Assembly: GCF_963921235.1 (NCBI RefSeq)
Contig: NC_086108.1
Span: 25,668,001-25,732,000 of the forward strand
Reading direction: 5' to 3'
Length of the DNA stretch: 64,000 bases
From: Mobula hypostoma
Taxonomy: Eukaryota
Made by a program: the position numbers and the translations under genes. Under the pieces are notes generated by a model. It saw only the letters and a list, made by a program, of their open reading frames with translations. It was not told where the DNA came from and ran no database searches. Below, in pieces: positions 1 through 14,074 of the stretch; positions within the stretch are counted from its first letter, which is position 1; each line of letters starts with the position of its first letter.

Positions 1-2547
1 TTCTCAGGTCCAGAGAGAAATGCTATGGAGGAGTATATAAAGGAGGCTCTTGCCCTGGGATTCATTTGGCCCTCCACCTCTCCAGCTGATGCTATCTCCT
101 CCTTTGTACAGGAAAAGGACGGGAGCCTGCAACCATGCATAGATTAGAGGACTGAATCACATGATGATCAAGAATCATTACCCTCAAGAGTTCCAAGGGA
201 CAAGAGTATTCTTCAAGATAGACTTGCAGAGTAAGTACAATCTGGTTCGCGTAAAGGAGAGTGACAAGTGGAAGTCAGCATTCAACACACCAGCAAGGCA
301 CTATGAGTATCTGGACATGCCCTTCAGTCTTGTGAGCGTGCAAAGGTTTTTTCAGGCCTTTATTAGTGACATGCTCCAGGATGTTCTCCATAAGTTTGTC
401 TTCGTCAGCTTGGACAGCATCCTAATTCTCTCAGAGTCCATGGAGGAGCACATCGCTCACATCAGAGATACTCTAAAGAGGATTCTTGATCATGGACTTT
501 ATGTCAAGCTGGAGAAGTTCATATTTCATGTAGCCACCATTTCACTTTTGTTGTTTCATCACCTCTAATGGCATTCTCAAGATGGACTCTAGTAAGACAC
601 AGGCATTCAGAGATTGGTTACAACCATCCAGTGCAAAACAAGTCCAACAATTCCTGGGATTTGCCAACTTTTACTGAAAATTCATTAGAAACTTCATCTC
701 GGTGGTAGCTTCACTGATAGCACTAACCAAGAGATACACAGACCATTTCGTTTGGACTATTGAAGCGGAGGTTGCTTTTGCAGAGCTCAAACAGCGGTTC
801 ACGACAGCTTCCATTTTGGTTGCACCTAACCTGGACCTTCCCTTCATCGTGGAGGGGGAACGCCCCCGACGTCAGAGTGGATGAAGTGTTATCTCAATGA
901 GTACATTCGGACAATAAACTCCACCCGTGTATGTTCTTTTCCAGGTGGCTATCCCTGGCAGAGGTGATCTACGACATTGGAAATAGAGAGCTGCTAATGG
1001 GCAAGTTGGCTCTGGAGGAATGGAGTCACTGGCTTGAGGAGACCAAGAACCCTTTTATGAAAGGACCACAAGTACCAGTATTCTGGAGGCCAAGAGACTG
1101 AATTCCAGGCAGGTCAGGTGGTCTCTTTTCTTTAACTGCTTTACTTTCATCCTGACCTATTGACAGTAGTCAAAGAAGCAGAAGTCAGATGCCTTGTCCC
1201 CTCATTTCGGCAAATCCAAAGAGGAGGAACAGCCGATCACCATTTTGTCCTAGGCCAAGGTGATAGTGTAAATTTGTTGGGGAATCGACAAACTTGTTCG
1301 CAAGGCCCTGGTACAAGGGGAGATTGCTCAGAATGGCCCTCCAGGTCGGCAGTTTGTTCCTAGTTCTGTCCTCTCTGTTTCTTCAATGGGGACATGTATT
1401 GAGAGTGACTGCTCACCCAGGGATTGCCAGGACCCTTGAGTTCATTAAGAGAAGATATTGGTGGTCTGAAATGGTGAGGTAAGTACATCAATATGTGCAG
1501 GCATGTGAGGTGTGCGCCCTGAACAAGAAGCCCTGCACCCACTCCCTGTTCCAGAAAGACCATTAGCTTACATCTCCAAGGACTTTGTCACGGGTCTTCC
1601 TCCTTCCAAGTAGAAGACCGTTACCATGTTAATTGTAGATTGTTTATCGGAGGTCTGCAAATTCATCACCTTGGACAGACTACTTGGGCGAAATCGTCCT
1701 GTACCAGGTCTTCAGGATCCATGGTTTTCCAGTGGATATTTCGTCAGATTGTTGTCTGCAATTTGCACCACATATTTGGAGGGCATTCTGCAAGCTGATT
1801 GGAGCAACAGAAAGCCTTTCCTCTGTGCTTCACCTGCAGTCCAATGACTAAACAGAGCAGGTGAACCAAGATTTCGAACATATCCTAAGATGCCTGGCCT
1901 CTGAAAGACTGGACGAGGTCACCCACAACACTTTATGACATTTGACATTTCAAATGCCAGTTTGGGTATTCTCCACCACTCTTCCCTAAGCAGGAGGATG
2001 AGGTTGGGGTTCCTGTGGACAAAGATCTTGAGAGACGATGCAAGGAGAAATGGACTAGGGCAAGGGAGATTTTATTAGCTTCTACCTGGGAGGCTTACGT
2101 AAAGGTTAACAGCAAGAGAAGACAGGATCAGTTTTGCAGCCTGAGCAACAGGTCTGGTTGTTGACTCAGGATTTGCTTCTCTGAGTGGAGTCTAGAAATT
2201 AGCGCCGAAGTTCATTGAACCCTTCAAGATTCTCAGGAAAGTAAACCCAGTAGCTTACATCTAGGAGCTCCCAGGACCCTCAAGATCAATCCCACTTTTC
2301 ACATTTCCAAATTAAAACCTGTGAACACCAGCCCCTTAGCCCCACCACCATCAGTCCCACTGCAGCCCAGATTTGTCGATGGCGAACAAGTCTTCACTGT
2401 GAAAAGAATCTTTGATCCGTGAACTGTTTGGGGTGTCCGGAAGTTCCTCGTGGACGGGAAGGATTCTGACCAGAGGAATGGTGCTGGATTCCGCCTTGGG
2501 TCTGGCTCTCTTCCATGACTACCATCATCATCTATCTGAGCAGCCAT
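1..2547 (+). mobile_element. pol: Decayed Ty3/Gypsy (chromovirus, Sushi-like) pol: RT, RNase H, integrase, chromodomain
   Basis: RT motifs (KIDLQSKYNLVRVKESDKWKSAFNTPARHYEYLDMPFSL; VSLDSILI = decayed YLDDILI), QQFLGFANF connection, RNase H ([16 protein letters not shown]), integrase HPG..RT/RRYWW/CEVC, C-terminal chromodomain-like VFTVKRIFD..FLVDGKGF.PEEWCWIP. Many stops and frameshifts; runs off the left edge. Confidence 0.9.
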
Positions 2548-2880
2548 AGGGAGGGGTCCTATAACAACATGCACCCAACCGCGCCAGCTTCCTGGTTTAG
2601 ATGCTCTAACTCTCCGGAATTTGGATAGCTGCACAGCACCTTTAAAGGTTCAGGACCATCCCATTAATTGGCAATCATGTTTTTAGTGCCGAGAATTGAG
2701 TATCTAAAGAGCACCTGATCAGAGCTTCAGTGCTTAATTGTAAGCCCAACCAGAGATATTGTCTAGTATTGTGTTTGGTGCTCATTTCGTGATCTAGTTT
2801 TACTTCATGTCTCGACCCTAGCCTCAGATGTGCCAGCATTTGTATCCAAACCATCCTCACCAAGGACTTCCGTTGTATCC
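2548..2880 (+). mobile_element. Polypurine tract and probable truncated 3' LTR of the Gypsy element
   Basis: AGGGAGGGG at 2548-2556 directly after pol, then TATAAC (decayed TGTAAC) at 2560. The right end is not identifiable. Confidence 0.5.
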
Positions 2881-2883
2881 TCA

Positions 2884-2959
2884 AGAAAATGAATCTTGGG
2901 TTGTGTATTGTGACATATATGTACTTAGATAATAAATTTACTTTAAACTTTTAACTTTG
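2884..2959 (+). mobile_element. Rex1/Babar-type LINE 3' tail fragment
   Basis: Matches the tails ending the Rex1 copies at ~9716-9793 and ~41474-41546 (GAAAATGAATCT..TGTACTT.GATAATAAA..ACTTTGAACTTTG). Confidence 0.7.
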
Positions 2960-4039
2960 TAGGCAGCCACATCTCAGGCAACAAACAGAATAAGAAGCTT
3001 TTGCAAATCCATAAAAGTCAATGTTGCTTTCTGCATTTCTCTCCAAGCTGATGGTCAATGAATACCATTTCCGTGGTATCTGCTGATGGAATCTGGACTG
3101 CGCCGGTGATCTGCTAATAATTTAAATCTACCCAGATAAAAATAAGTTGAAGAATACTCTGATTTCTCCCCATAAATATTAATTCCATTTTGTCCACTCT
3201 ACCCTGCAAAAAGGTGTAATTCTGAAGCAGGTTATTTTATGAGCACTATCAAGATCTGAACATTTCACCTATGAGCTTGTCTTTCAAGAGCCTCAATGTA
3301 AACTGTACCCTTCAGATTACAACATGAATCAAACTGGATACATGGGACTCATTGTAGAAGTCATCCAGTTTTCCACAGTAAAACAGAAATAAAAGGTTTG
3401 TGATAGGAATCAACTGAAATTTTACTGACATTTTTAAAGTAAAAATTGCATAATTTCAGTGATCCCAAATTGAGACTATGCGTTGACCATCACTATAACA
3501 TCCACCCACTTAGCTTCAGGCATCACCAATGAAATTAACAAAAAAGAAAAGCAAGTGATTTATGGGATTACATGAATTACAATAAATGTGAAGGATATTT
3601 GACTATGGGAACTCTGTTTGTGTTTTAGTCCTCTGTACAGCCAATAATTATAATATTTCATTTGGCAAATGATGTAACTTTGCCGAGGGTGCCAAATTTC
3701 AGAGGTACAAGTAATGCAGAACTGGATCCACAGTGTTATGTATCTGATTATGTCCCCTTGAGATTGGCTTCTCACTGGGTGAATCAGGTCCACCAAAACA
3801 TCTTAAACGTCCAAATAGACTAACCAAATCTGGCAATCAGTGCATCAAAGGGTATGACAAATGAGCTCACATCAATGTTTCAGTGACTGTTTTCAAATTC
3901 ATGCTGAATATTCAACCAGAAGAATCAAGCATTTTACATTTAAACATATATGCTTGGGAAAAAAAGAGATCCTGTTAACTGAATAAACTGAACAATCAGT
4001 CAAGATGCATCAGTTTTCAAATGTGATTGAGGGTAAAAG

Positions 4040-4595
4040 ATCAAGTTCAATATCATTGTCATGGGCATACAAACCAAGACTATAAGTAGCATGAAAACTA
4101 AATTATTTTGCAGCATGGTACATTACAAACATAAATTACACTGACTTAAATTATGCAAAAACTTGGCAAAATAAACAACAGCAAGCATAATATTAGTTCA
4201 AGTTAAAGGAAATAATCTGAGGTAAAATTGGGATTTTTCAGGTTGGTTCAAGAACCTGATAGCAGTCAGGTTTTTGAATTTGAATCAGAATTATTATCAC
4301 TGACATTTGATGTTAAATTGGTCGTCTTGTAGCAGCAGCACACAGCAAAGATATAAGCTACAAAACTCAAGAAAAAGAAAAACTGAGGTCATGTTCATGG
4401 GTTCATGGACCTTTCAGAAAACTGATAAAAAAAGCTATTCTGTTTCTGTGAAAAAGTTGAAGAATAAATCTACCAAGAAGCTGTTGTTGAAACTTTAGCT
4501 ATGGGTCTTTAGCCTTCTGTACCTCCTGATGGCAGCAATGAGAAGAGGGCATGACCTGGATGGTGGGGTTCTGTAATGATGGATGTCACCTTGCT
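4040..4595 (-). mobile_element. Old Rex1/Babar-type LINE 3' fragments
   Basis: Reverse complement resembles 9340-9460 (CCACCATCCAGGTCATGCCCTCTTCTCATTGCTGCCATCAGGAGGTACAGAAG; CAGGTTCTTGAACCA). Confidence 0.55.
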
Positions 4596-5514
4596 AAAGT
4601 GGTTCATTCACAATAATGAAAAAGCAGACAATTAACTTATGCCTACAGACTACAATGCAAACAGCATACCAATGCCTGCTTATTGTAATAATTTGTCTGC
4701 ATTCAGCACTGTTGTTTGCTTCTGAAGCTCATCTGGACTACTTGCAGCTCACTGCAGTTCAGTAAGGGGATTGTTTTGTCGCAACGGCAGGTAGCACAAG
4801 GTGACTCTAAACCAGCCAAGAATGGGAACAACTGGTTCCAAAGCTTCCAGATTGCATATGAGGTATTGGTGCAGGTGTTGGAGAATTAGAGTGTACCCCT
4901 GTACCCCCAAGAGCCACAAAGTCCAAAAGACAAAAGGTCACAAGGCAATGGGAACAAAGGTTGCTGGGTCAGAGTTGGAACACCTGGATACTGTGCTGCT
5001 GCTTCAATGGGAGTCGCAAGATCAGAGAATGCACCTTCAAATGTCATGACTTATCCACGACATCATGACTCCATCACTCAACCAGTCCAACCCTCATGGT
5101 TTGCAATCCCATTTCTTTTACATATTGACATTAAGTACATCACTTTCATTTGAATATTTATGAAGTTAATGTCATTTTCAAATTAAAATATTGTCATCCT
5201 TATCTAGGGTGCACTCCATCTCCTATAATGCCCACTCCTCAGAAGGCATCCAGAAAGCCAATGATTACAATATGCACCTCTCCAGGACAACTGAGCACAG
5301 ACATTTCCTTGGAAAGGGGTAGGAATTTGCCTCATTGGCCTGGTGTCTGGATCTGTGAATGCTCTCCTTAGCCAGACCCAGAGGCGGAGTAGTGAGGAGG
5401 TCCTTAGATTGACTCACCTGCCACCAATCCTCCAATTAACTTGCTACCACTTAACACACCCCCAGTTCTTTAAAACTCATTGGGTATTTTTTTTAAAAGG
5501 GCAAATTATAAATA

Positions 5515-5870
5515 ATTGTAGAATAACAACAAAATATATCGAAGCGGTAGGCCTTTTGCCCCATTGTACTTGCACCCCCTTTCAATAGGCTTATGGTTGA
5601 TCTTTTAACTCAGTACCTCTCTCCTACATTAACCCCATCACCTTTCTTTCTAAACTTCTATGGATCTCATTCTTGACTGAGTGACTGGGCTTCCACAGCC
5701 TTCTTGGATGGAAAATGCTGAAGATTCACCACCCTCTAGCCAAAAATATTTCTTCTCATCACTCTCCTGAATGGCCAACACCTTTCTTTGAGACTTGTGA
5801 ACTGTGGTTCTTCACTCCTCAGCCAGTATAAATACTAACCCCACATCTAGGTGTTAAACCCTTTAAAAAT
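5515..5870 (-). mobile_element. Old CR1 LINE 3' fragment
   Basis: Degenerate similarity to the CR1 3' region at 48560-48900 (AGATTCACCACCCTCT..AAATATTTCTTCTCATC). Confidence 0.5.
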
Positions 5871-7119
5871 ATATCAACGGCCGGAATAAGGAACTAATCT
5901 TTAAGTCGGAGCACAATGGCAGCATAGCATTCAGTGTGATGTTACTAATACTCGGATGTCAGATTTTGTAGTTCACTTCTGGCACTATATTCAAGGAGTT
6001 TGTACGTTCTCCCCGTGACTGTGGTAGATATTCACTGTCCAGGGCACCGGGACCTTTTAGTGAAGCTCAGCTTTCTAGCACAGCAGCTGATGCTTCTACA
6101 GATCAAAGTGTTGTTTTTGAGTAATTTAAACTTCCAGCCAATATACTTTGTTCACTTTCTTGTCATAAATAACAGTCAGCCTTCAGTTCTTAATGTAAAT
6201 AGCAAGCAATAATTAATCTGAAGTTAAAAGAACAGATTTCCAAACAAACAGCATTCTCTGTGGAGCACAGATTGCTGGCCCACAGCACAGGGGCTGACTG
6301 CTCAAGACATGCAATGTAGGACAATGGAGTTAATTTGACCTGCATCAGACCAGACAACATTGGCTAAATTATTTAGTTCAAGAAAGCTTGCAGACCAGAT
6401 TGATACTATCGCTTAGCACTGCAAGTACCTTATCTAGCAAGAGTTGGAATATTTGTGTACTCAGAGGGTCACCTCTCACAGCATTAATTGTGGGTGTTTG
6501 GGATCTCTGTTGCTAAATGTTTTTACAGACTCTGTGTGAAAAGATGTCTGGAAAAATATCACATTTGTGTGAAGTCACCCAACTGGTAAAGAAAGTATAA
6601 ATGTAAGAGAACAGCAAGGATTGTTAGGAATAGTCAAGCAACAGTAAGAAAAATGACAGAAAGATGCTGTGAATGAGAATCCATTGCTCTGTCTTTGACT
6701 TATGCAGTGGATGACGCAGTCATCTGCAATTTGTTGGTATGACTTTTTAGCTTGTGGAATTGTACCTGTGTTTCAGAAATCCTTTGAAATTCGGAAGTCT
6801 TTTAAGATATTCTCTGTGATTTTTTAAATGTGTTTAAGAACTTTATCCAAATTTAAATGCATATTTCTTAAAATAAGTGAACTGTGTTTAAATTACTTTG
6901 TTAGCTGGAAGTATCTCCTCCTTGGCGGGTCGCTCAAGTAGTGGGAAGTGGCAGCTAACCTTGCAGTGGATGGCAAATAGGGAAGTGATCTAGCCTTTGA
7001 AGAGTGGGTGACTACAGTATAATCTCCCTTTAGTGAGGGTATGCATAGCTATCCATATTGGATAGAGCTTAAGATCTTCATTTGAGATCTGAGCTTCATG
7101 GAGAAGAACCCAATGCATT

Positions 7120-7305
7120 CACATGACCATGTAGGTTTCCTCTGGGTGCTATGGTTTCCTCTGGGTGCTATGGTTTCCTCTAAGTAGGTTAATTGATCAT
7201 TGTAAATTGTTCTGTGATTAGGCTAGTGTTCAATAAGTGGGTTGCTGGGCAACATGGCTTATTAGCTGAAAGGGCCTGTACCATACAGTATGTCTAAAAT
7301 TTAAA
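7120..7305 (+). mobile_element. V-domain SINE fragment
   Basis: GGTTTCCTCTGGGTGCTATGGTTTCCTC core (with a 19-bp tandem duplication) and CR1-like tail GAAGGGCCTGT. Related fragments at ~5915-6030 and ~8860-9050. Confidence 0.6.
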
Positions 7306-9084
7306 AAAAGTAAATTAGGTAACAATCGTTTTGATTCGCATTGATGCTGTTGTGATGGCAGAAGGTTTGAGGGAGGTTTGGTTGGCTGAAAGCCAAAATG
7401 TCATTTTACGTTCTGTTCCATCAGACCATCCTTGAAGAAGTACTCCTTTGAACTCTGGTGGAATCTTGCCTGTTTCTTTAGTCTGGCTCAGCCACTAGCT
7501 TCTTTCACTCTTTCATTCTTCTTTAAACTGTTCCAGACTGTAAACTTCAATTTGATTTTCATTGCCTCTTAACTGCTTTGCGGGCTCATCCAGTTTCATT
7601 CGAACAGAGAAATTCCCTGTGTTCCAGCCATTGCCCTCCCCAAACTTCTGTGCCAATATCTTCACTTTTTCTCACTTCTGATGAAGATCTGGGCCTCAGA
7701 CATTAGCAGTTTTCCTTTGCAGAGATACTGCTTGACCTGCTGAGTTTTTTCAACATTTTATGTATTTTATTATGTTTAGTGGCTGCTGGCTAGAACAAGG
7801 GTTAAAAATGACAGGAGAGCCGTTAAATCTCATTAGCCTGTGTTACCCACTTTCTGGCAGTATACCTCTAATGCCTTGACTAACATTTTGTCTGGTGGAG
7901 TGCACAGCAGGAGAGGGCACATGGGACATTTTGAACCCTAAACAGTGCTGGTGGAATCAAAGGATGGCTGTTAGAGAGCCACCAAATGAAACTTTGATTC
8001 ATATCTTTTAACGATGTAACTCCAAGGTCACATAGCGCCTTTCAAGTTTTAGTTATTAAATGAATGTGGCTTTCTTTCAAATCTACCAGCTGCTCCCCAG
8101 TTCCCTGCATTCATCTGAATTACAATTCAACAAGTAATATATCATGAGCACAATGCATCTGTCTCTACAGTCCAATTTACTGGGTCTTATTGTAAATGGA
8201 AATAATTTTCCTCCTGCTTTCTATTCACCTCATACTTAATATGTCATTTTTAAGTGAAAATCTACTTCTTTTATTCCTGTATGTATCATCTTGAATTCAA
8301 GGATGTACTTTCAGGAGAGCCATATTTGTGCATGGATCACACTTGGTTTAGCAGAACATTTAATGTCTTGACAGAAGGTGTGATAGCCTAATGGCTTTCT
8401 TGAAGTGCAGGTGTAAAGACTTTTTTTCCCCAAAAATAAATTAACTATGTATGGGTATAATGGGCAAGGTTACCATTTATTACCTATTTTCAAAAATCCT
8501 TACACTACTGAGTCAACCGTGTAATTGTGACTCTGGAGTCCGATATATCCCTGAGCCAGAAAGAAGTGCAGATTTCCTTCCCTGAAAGTCATCTATGAAG
8601 TGGAAACGTTTTTTTTTTCTGACAATCTATTTGTTTCATGGTTATCATTACTGAGGGAAGAATTTTATCTTAGATTTTCTAATTGAAACATTGTTTCAGA
8701 GGAACATTACTTTCCTGGATGGCCAACTCTTACTTTGAGACTTGTGACCCCTGGTTCATTATACCCCTGGAGGCATTGTCCCTACTTCATTACCCTTGCC
8801 TCTTGATTGATAGCCCAATATGCTCCCATACTTCTTTGTGAATGTCTGCTTAATGGTGTGAGGCTGTATGTGGTACTAGCAGTGATTCTGCTGCCTCAAA
8901 GCTACAGCAACCCAGGTGTTGTGTAGAGTTTGGATGTCTTCCAGCAACTATATAGGTTTCCACTGAGTGCTCTGGTTTCCTTCCAGATTCCAAAGATATC
9001 TGAGTGGGTCTCTGTAAATCATTGCTTAATCTGAGTGATAGTATCTGGAGTGAGCTTTAATTTCAGAAAGTCTGCCCATTACAT

Positions 9085-9793
9085 AAGTGCCATTACGAAG
9101 AAAGCACGGCAGCATCTCTACTTTCTTAGAGGTTTGCCAAAATTCAGCATGTAATCTAAAACTCTGACAAACTTCTACAAAAGTGTGGTGGAGATTAAAT
9201 TGACTTGTTATAACACAGTCTGATGTGGAAACACCAATCCCTTTGTACGGAAAAACCTACAAATGTAATGTATATGGCCATCAAGGGGAAAAACCTTTCT
9301 CACCATTGAGCACATCTACACCATTGAGCAGAGCACAGTCGCAGGAAAGCAGCACTCATCATCAAGGACTCCACCATCAGGTTATGCTCTCTTCTCACAT
9401 CAGGTAGAAGGTACAGAAGCCTCAGGGCCTGACCCACTAGGTTCAGGAACAGTTATACCCTCAACCATAGCTTTTGAACCAGAGGGCATAACTTCATTCA
9501 GCTTCACTCACCCCATCACTGAACTGTTCCCAAAGCTAATGGACTCACTTTCAAGGACTCTTCATCCCTATTGATTACTTACTTACTATTACTTTCTCGT
9601 TCATTTTCTATTTGTACAGTTGTTTTTATTTCATACGTTGGCTGTTGTCTGCCCTGTCGGGTATGGTGTTTCATTGATTCTATTGTGTTCCTTGTAATTA
9701 CTGTGATTGTCAACAAGAAAAGGAATCTCAGGGTGGTATTTGGTGACATGTATGTACTTCGATAATAACTTTGCTTTGAATTTTGAACTTTGA
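9085..9793 (+). mobile_element. Rex1/Babar LINE, 5'-truncated 3' end
   Basis: KKARQHLYFLRGL motif, RFRNSY-like C-terminus, characteristic tail ending in (ACTTTGA)n. Confidence 0.8.
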
Positions 9794-10169
9794 CCATCTG
9801 CAGTATTTTACTAGTATGGGTCTCAGTGTTGCTTCATGACAAGAGTAACTGGTTGAACTGTTGTTGGTGGATGCCTGGTACTCGTATTATGTCTATATTA
9901 CCTGTTGTATTTAAGCACAGACTGTTTTTCAAGTGTTTAGAATACAAACAACACTGAGCAAACAATCAATATCTGGACTTATGATGGAATATGCAGTAGC
10001 TCTCTAAGTGAAGCAGGCAAAAATCACAATCTGCCCTGAAGAAATCACACAACAATGCCCTGGGACTGAGGTGACTGGCTTTCAAAAATCAATCATAGCT
10101 TCAGTCTTCCTTTCCTTATAATCCACCTATATCCTGTGTAATGTACTCATTCGGGTGGGTGGGGTGGAG

Positions 10170-10524
10170 AATCATCTCTACCAATCGAGGTGTAGGTTGC
10201 TCCTTTCCTCCAATACAATAGCCTGCAGCTCAGCTTTGGGCAAGGTATAGCACCTGCTTACAGCCACACCCCCCCCCCACACGATCAGAGTAAAGCGAAG
10301 CCATGGAGCAGGTGGTGGATGGTCGTGTGAGCAGCTGGTACATATCACAAGTCCAGGTTATGTGACCACTGATGCCAGTCAGACAATTTCTGAAGAGTAT
10401 TGACAATGGATGGGGTCAGCTGTCTTGTAAAGACACTGCCCAGAAAATGACAATGGCAAACCACTTCTGCAGAAAATTTGGCAAGAGCAATCATGGTCAT
10501 GCACATGATGACGATGATGATGAT
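10170..10524 (+). mobile_element. RTE-related SINE or non-autonomous element
   Basis: Contains CAATGGCAAACCACTTC (RTE/Bov-A-like 3' motif) and ends in a (GAT)n tail. Confidence 0.5.
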
Positions 10525-12654
10525 AAATTATGTAATCAGTAACTCTAAGCTAGTCTTATTTCAAAGAATTCACTCCTCCGACAAAACGGATTCATAAGCA
10601 TTTCCACAGCAGAATTGAATAACGGCAATGTATCAATTGTGAATTTTCTGTTCTATCAATCTACTTGAAGATCAGAAGATGATTGAAAAATAACTTTCAG
10701 ATGTGCTTTTGGCACAAATAAGTTTATTGAAGATCTTGACATGAGGCTTTCTTTATGTGAGTTGGAGAGTCTTATAGCCTGATAGATCAAGTTACATGAT
10801 TATTGTTAAACAATGGCCAAATGAAAAGCTACTGTTGCTTTAAAACACTTCTCTCCATGTGTTTGATTAGCAGAAAACTATAGAATAATATACCATTAAA
10901 ATCTTTTCCTGTTTATACATTGCATCAGCAGGAAGTAGCCAAACTAGATTATGCTTTTAATATGTTTTTTATAATACTCGAAAACAGGACGGAAAACAAG
11001 ACCTGTCAAAGGGCGGATGAACCTTCTCGTAGAGTCAATGGCCATCTAGCAAACACGTGCCGTGAAGTGCGGAAAGGGCATCCCTTTCATCGAAGCTTGG
11101 TCTGGCCATTCACTGCAACAGAACTTCCCCCAGCCGTCTTGGACCCCACCATGCCGCTGGATCCGGGAGGGGATGTCGAGAGGTTGGGTCTGGAACCTGT
11201 GCAACCCCCTACTCATGTAAAATCTATTCATGCACACGTTGTTCCTTTCTGAGGCGTGGGGTATCCTCACAAACGTCACTAACTGACTGAAAGGAACCAT
11301 CATCACCCTATGGGATGGATAGCCAGAGAGAGAGAGATAATACTCAAAACAAAAATGAAATTAGAATTCAATGCACAGTCCTCCAGCAAAAATCAGAAAT
11401 GCATCTTTAGTAAATGTGGCATGTTTGTTGAGCAAGGTTCACATTTCATCCTGTCATCATGGGATAAAATATATAAAGGAGTCAAACCTGTTAGACTTCT
11501 TGAACCCGTGCTTTCAACAGGCCAAGTCTAATCCACTCAAATGTGTATTGCATGTCATGTATTCATTCACCTGAAGGAAAATCCAACAATTTATGTTGAC
11601 AGACTGACAGAAAAAATTCCCAGTATCCATCTGCACCTTCATTTCTTTTATTCAAGTCTTTGATTAGCACTGCTTAAGCCTTCATTCTGCTCTCTACCCA
11701 CATGGATCAAAACGTGGGTTTCCACTGCAGAACTTTTCACTTTGGATGGACAGGTTACACATCCGCAGACATTCTTTATGTTCCCAAAGGCATTAAAGAC
11801 AGTCTGCACTGCATTCCAACCTCTGTTTCTACCTTACATTAGATTTGAATCTACTCTTGACTGATCAGCTGTAAGGATTGAACATATAATACATTACTGT
11901 TGGTCTCAGGATAAAAGATGCGAGACAGATACACCAGCACGTGCAATCATAAAAATAAACAACAAAAATGTATTTTGTAGAACAGAGATAGGGGATGTTT
12001 TGAGAAATTAATTTAAAAATTATGAAGAGATATAATGGAAGCAGTATAAAAGGTTCCAGTGACTGAAGTTGGGTCAGTGATCTCAATCAGAATCAGAATC
12101 AGGTTTAATCTCATTGGTACATGTCATGAAATTTGTTGTTCTGCAGCAACAGTTCATTGCAATACATAATGATAATAAAAAAAACTATAAATTACAATAA
12201 GAAATATATATTGCAGATTGGGAAAATTAGGTGGGTACAGGATCCCAAATGGGGGAATCAGGAGAATGCCTACAAAAGGGTTTTTTAAAGCATAATTGAA
12301 TATACTAGGGGATCAGCTGTTCTGGATTGGGTGTTGTGCAATGAACTGGAATTGATTAGAGAGCTTAAGGTAAAGGAATCTTTAGAGGCCAGTGACCATA
12401 GTATGATAGAATTTACACTGCAGTTTTTTGAGAGGAAGAAGCTGATGTCAGATGTACCAGTATTACAGTGGGGTAAAGGGAATTACAGAGACATGAGAAA
12501 GGAGCCTGCCAAAATGGATTGGAAAGGAACACTAACAGGGATGACAGCAGAACAGCAATGGCTGGAATTTTTGGGAGTGGAAGGTATATGATATATATAT
12601 CCCCAAGAGATGCTTGGATAAGTTAATTGCCAGCCCAGATCAACTAGAAAGTCT

Positions 12655-13089
12655 GAGTGTCAGGAGCAGAGGTGGGGTCTAGACTGATTTCGCTTGCTCT
12701 CTCGGCGGCTTTGAAGCTGTGAACTGATCTGGCTGCTGTGTGTTTTTGCCCCTCTGGTGTGATGGATTGGGACTGTGGCTTGGGTCTACTCTGGCTACTC
12801 CGGGAGCAGATCTGTGGGCTCAGTCTTGTTCGGAATGCTGTTGGCTTGCTTCTATTTGCCTGATTTGTGTTTTTTTAACTCTTGCTCCACATTTCTATGC
12901 AGTGGTTTTTGGTCTTTTTTTCATGGGTTATTCAGTTTCTTGCTTTGTGGCTGCCTGTAAGCAGACAAATTTCACAGCATACAATTTATGCATTCTATGA
13001 TTGATTATTGAAAGCCAGTCACCTCAGTCCCAGGACATTGTTGTGAGATTTATACATTCTTTGATAATAAATGCATTTTGAATCTTTGG
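12655..13089 (+). mobile_element. Non-coding non-autonomous retroelement with Rex1-like tail, nested in CR1
   Basis: Interrupts the CR1 reading frame and ends in TTTGATAATAAATGCATTTTGAATCTTTG. Confidence 0.5.
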
Positions 13090-13417
13090 AAAGGTAGGAT
13101 GACACAACTGTGGCTGACAAGAGAGTCAAATCCAACATAAAAGCCAAGGAGAGGGCATATAATTGAGCAAAAATTAGTGGGAAGTTAAGAGGATTAGGAA
13201 ACTTTATAAAAACCAATAGAAGGCAAATAAAAATGTCATAAAGATGGAAAAGTTGGAATACAAAGTAAAGCTAGCCAATATTAAAGAGAATACCAAAAGT
13301 TTCTTCAGATATATAAAATGTAAAAGAGAGGTGAGCATAGATATCAGACCTCTGGAAAATGATATTGGAAAGGAAGTAATTGGGGACAATGAAATGGTGG
13401 ACAAACTGAATAAGTAC

Positions 13418-14074
13418 CAGACATCCCACCCAGCAAAAACTAATTTCAGGGAGGTAGCACCATCAATTTGCGGGAGACTCCCGGAACTTCTGGGAGAGGT
13501 GGGACGTCTGCAATAGAGTAGCTCCTTAGCAGCTAGCCAGCTAGTTTAAATAATGTTAGCTATGCTAATGAATGAATGACACCTGTTAAACTCACCTCAA
13601 CATGTCTTTTACAGTCTTAACAAACCATGGGCAATAGAAAAGTCACTGTTGCAAACAGTTCAGCGAGCAACACTGTCATTATTTTCGACCCCTATTAGGC
13701 AGGGGTACACTTTAGTGTAGTCTGGGGTGACGTACGTTTTATATTTTCTTTTTTTGGAACACTCTGCCATGACGCATGCTCGCTCTCTCTCTCTCTCTCT
13801 CTCGTGCGTTCTCTCGCTCTCTCTCTCTCTCTCTCTCGTGGTCGCTCTCTCGCTCTTGTGGTCTCTCTTGCACTCGCTCACTCTCTCTCTCTCATGGTCG
13901 CTCTCTCTCTCACGCGTGCGCTCTCCCATAGTCTCTCTCTCACACGCTTTCTCTCTCTTTCTCTCTCTCTCAAAAAATTGATTTCCGGGACATTGTATAT
14001 AATTTGCAGGCATCAGGGAACCACTATTAATATGCGGGAGACTTCCGGAACTTCAGGGAGAGGTGGGATGTCTG
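13418..14074. mobile_element. Non-autonomous TIR DNA transposon (MITE-like) with 6-bp TSD
   Basis: Perfect 13-bp TIRs CAGACATCCCACC / GGTGGGATGTCTG; TSD AAGTAC at 13412-13417 and 14075-14080; removal restores the CR1 LNKYFTTVFT motif; internal (CT)n-rich tract at ~13780-13971. Confidence 0.9.

Noticed and set aside
4777..5050. Possible solo LTR (TGTCGC...ATGAC)
   Set aside because: Termini are degenerate and there is no matching TSD.
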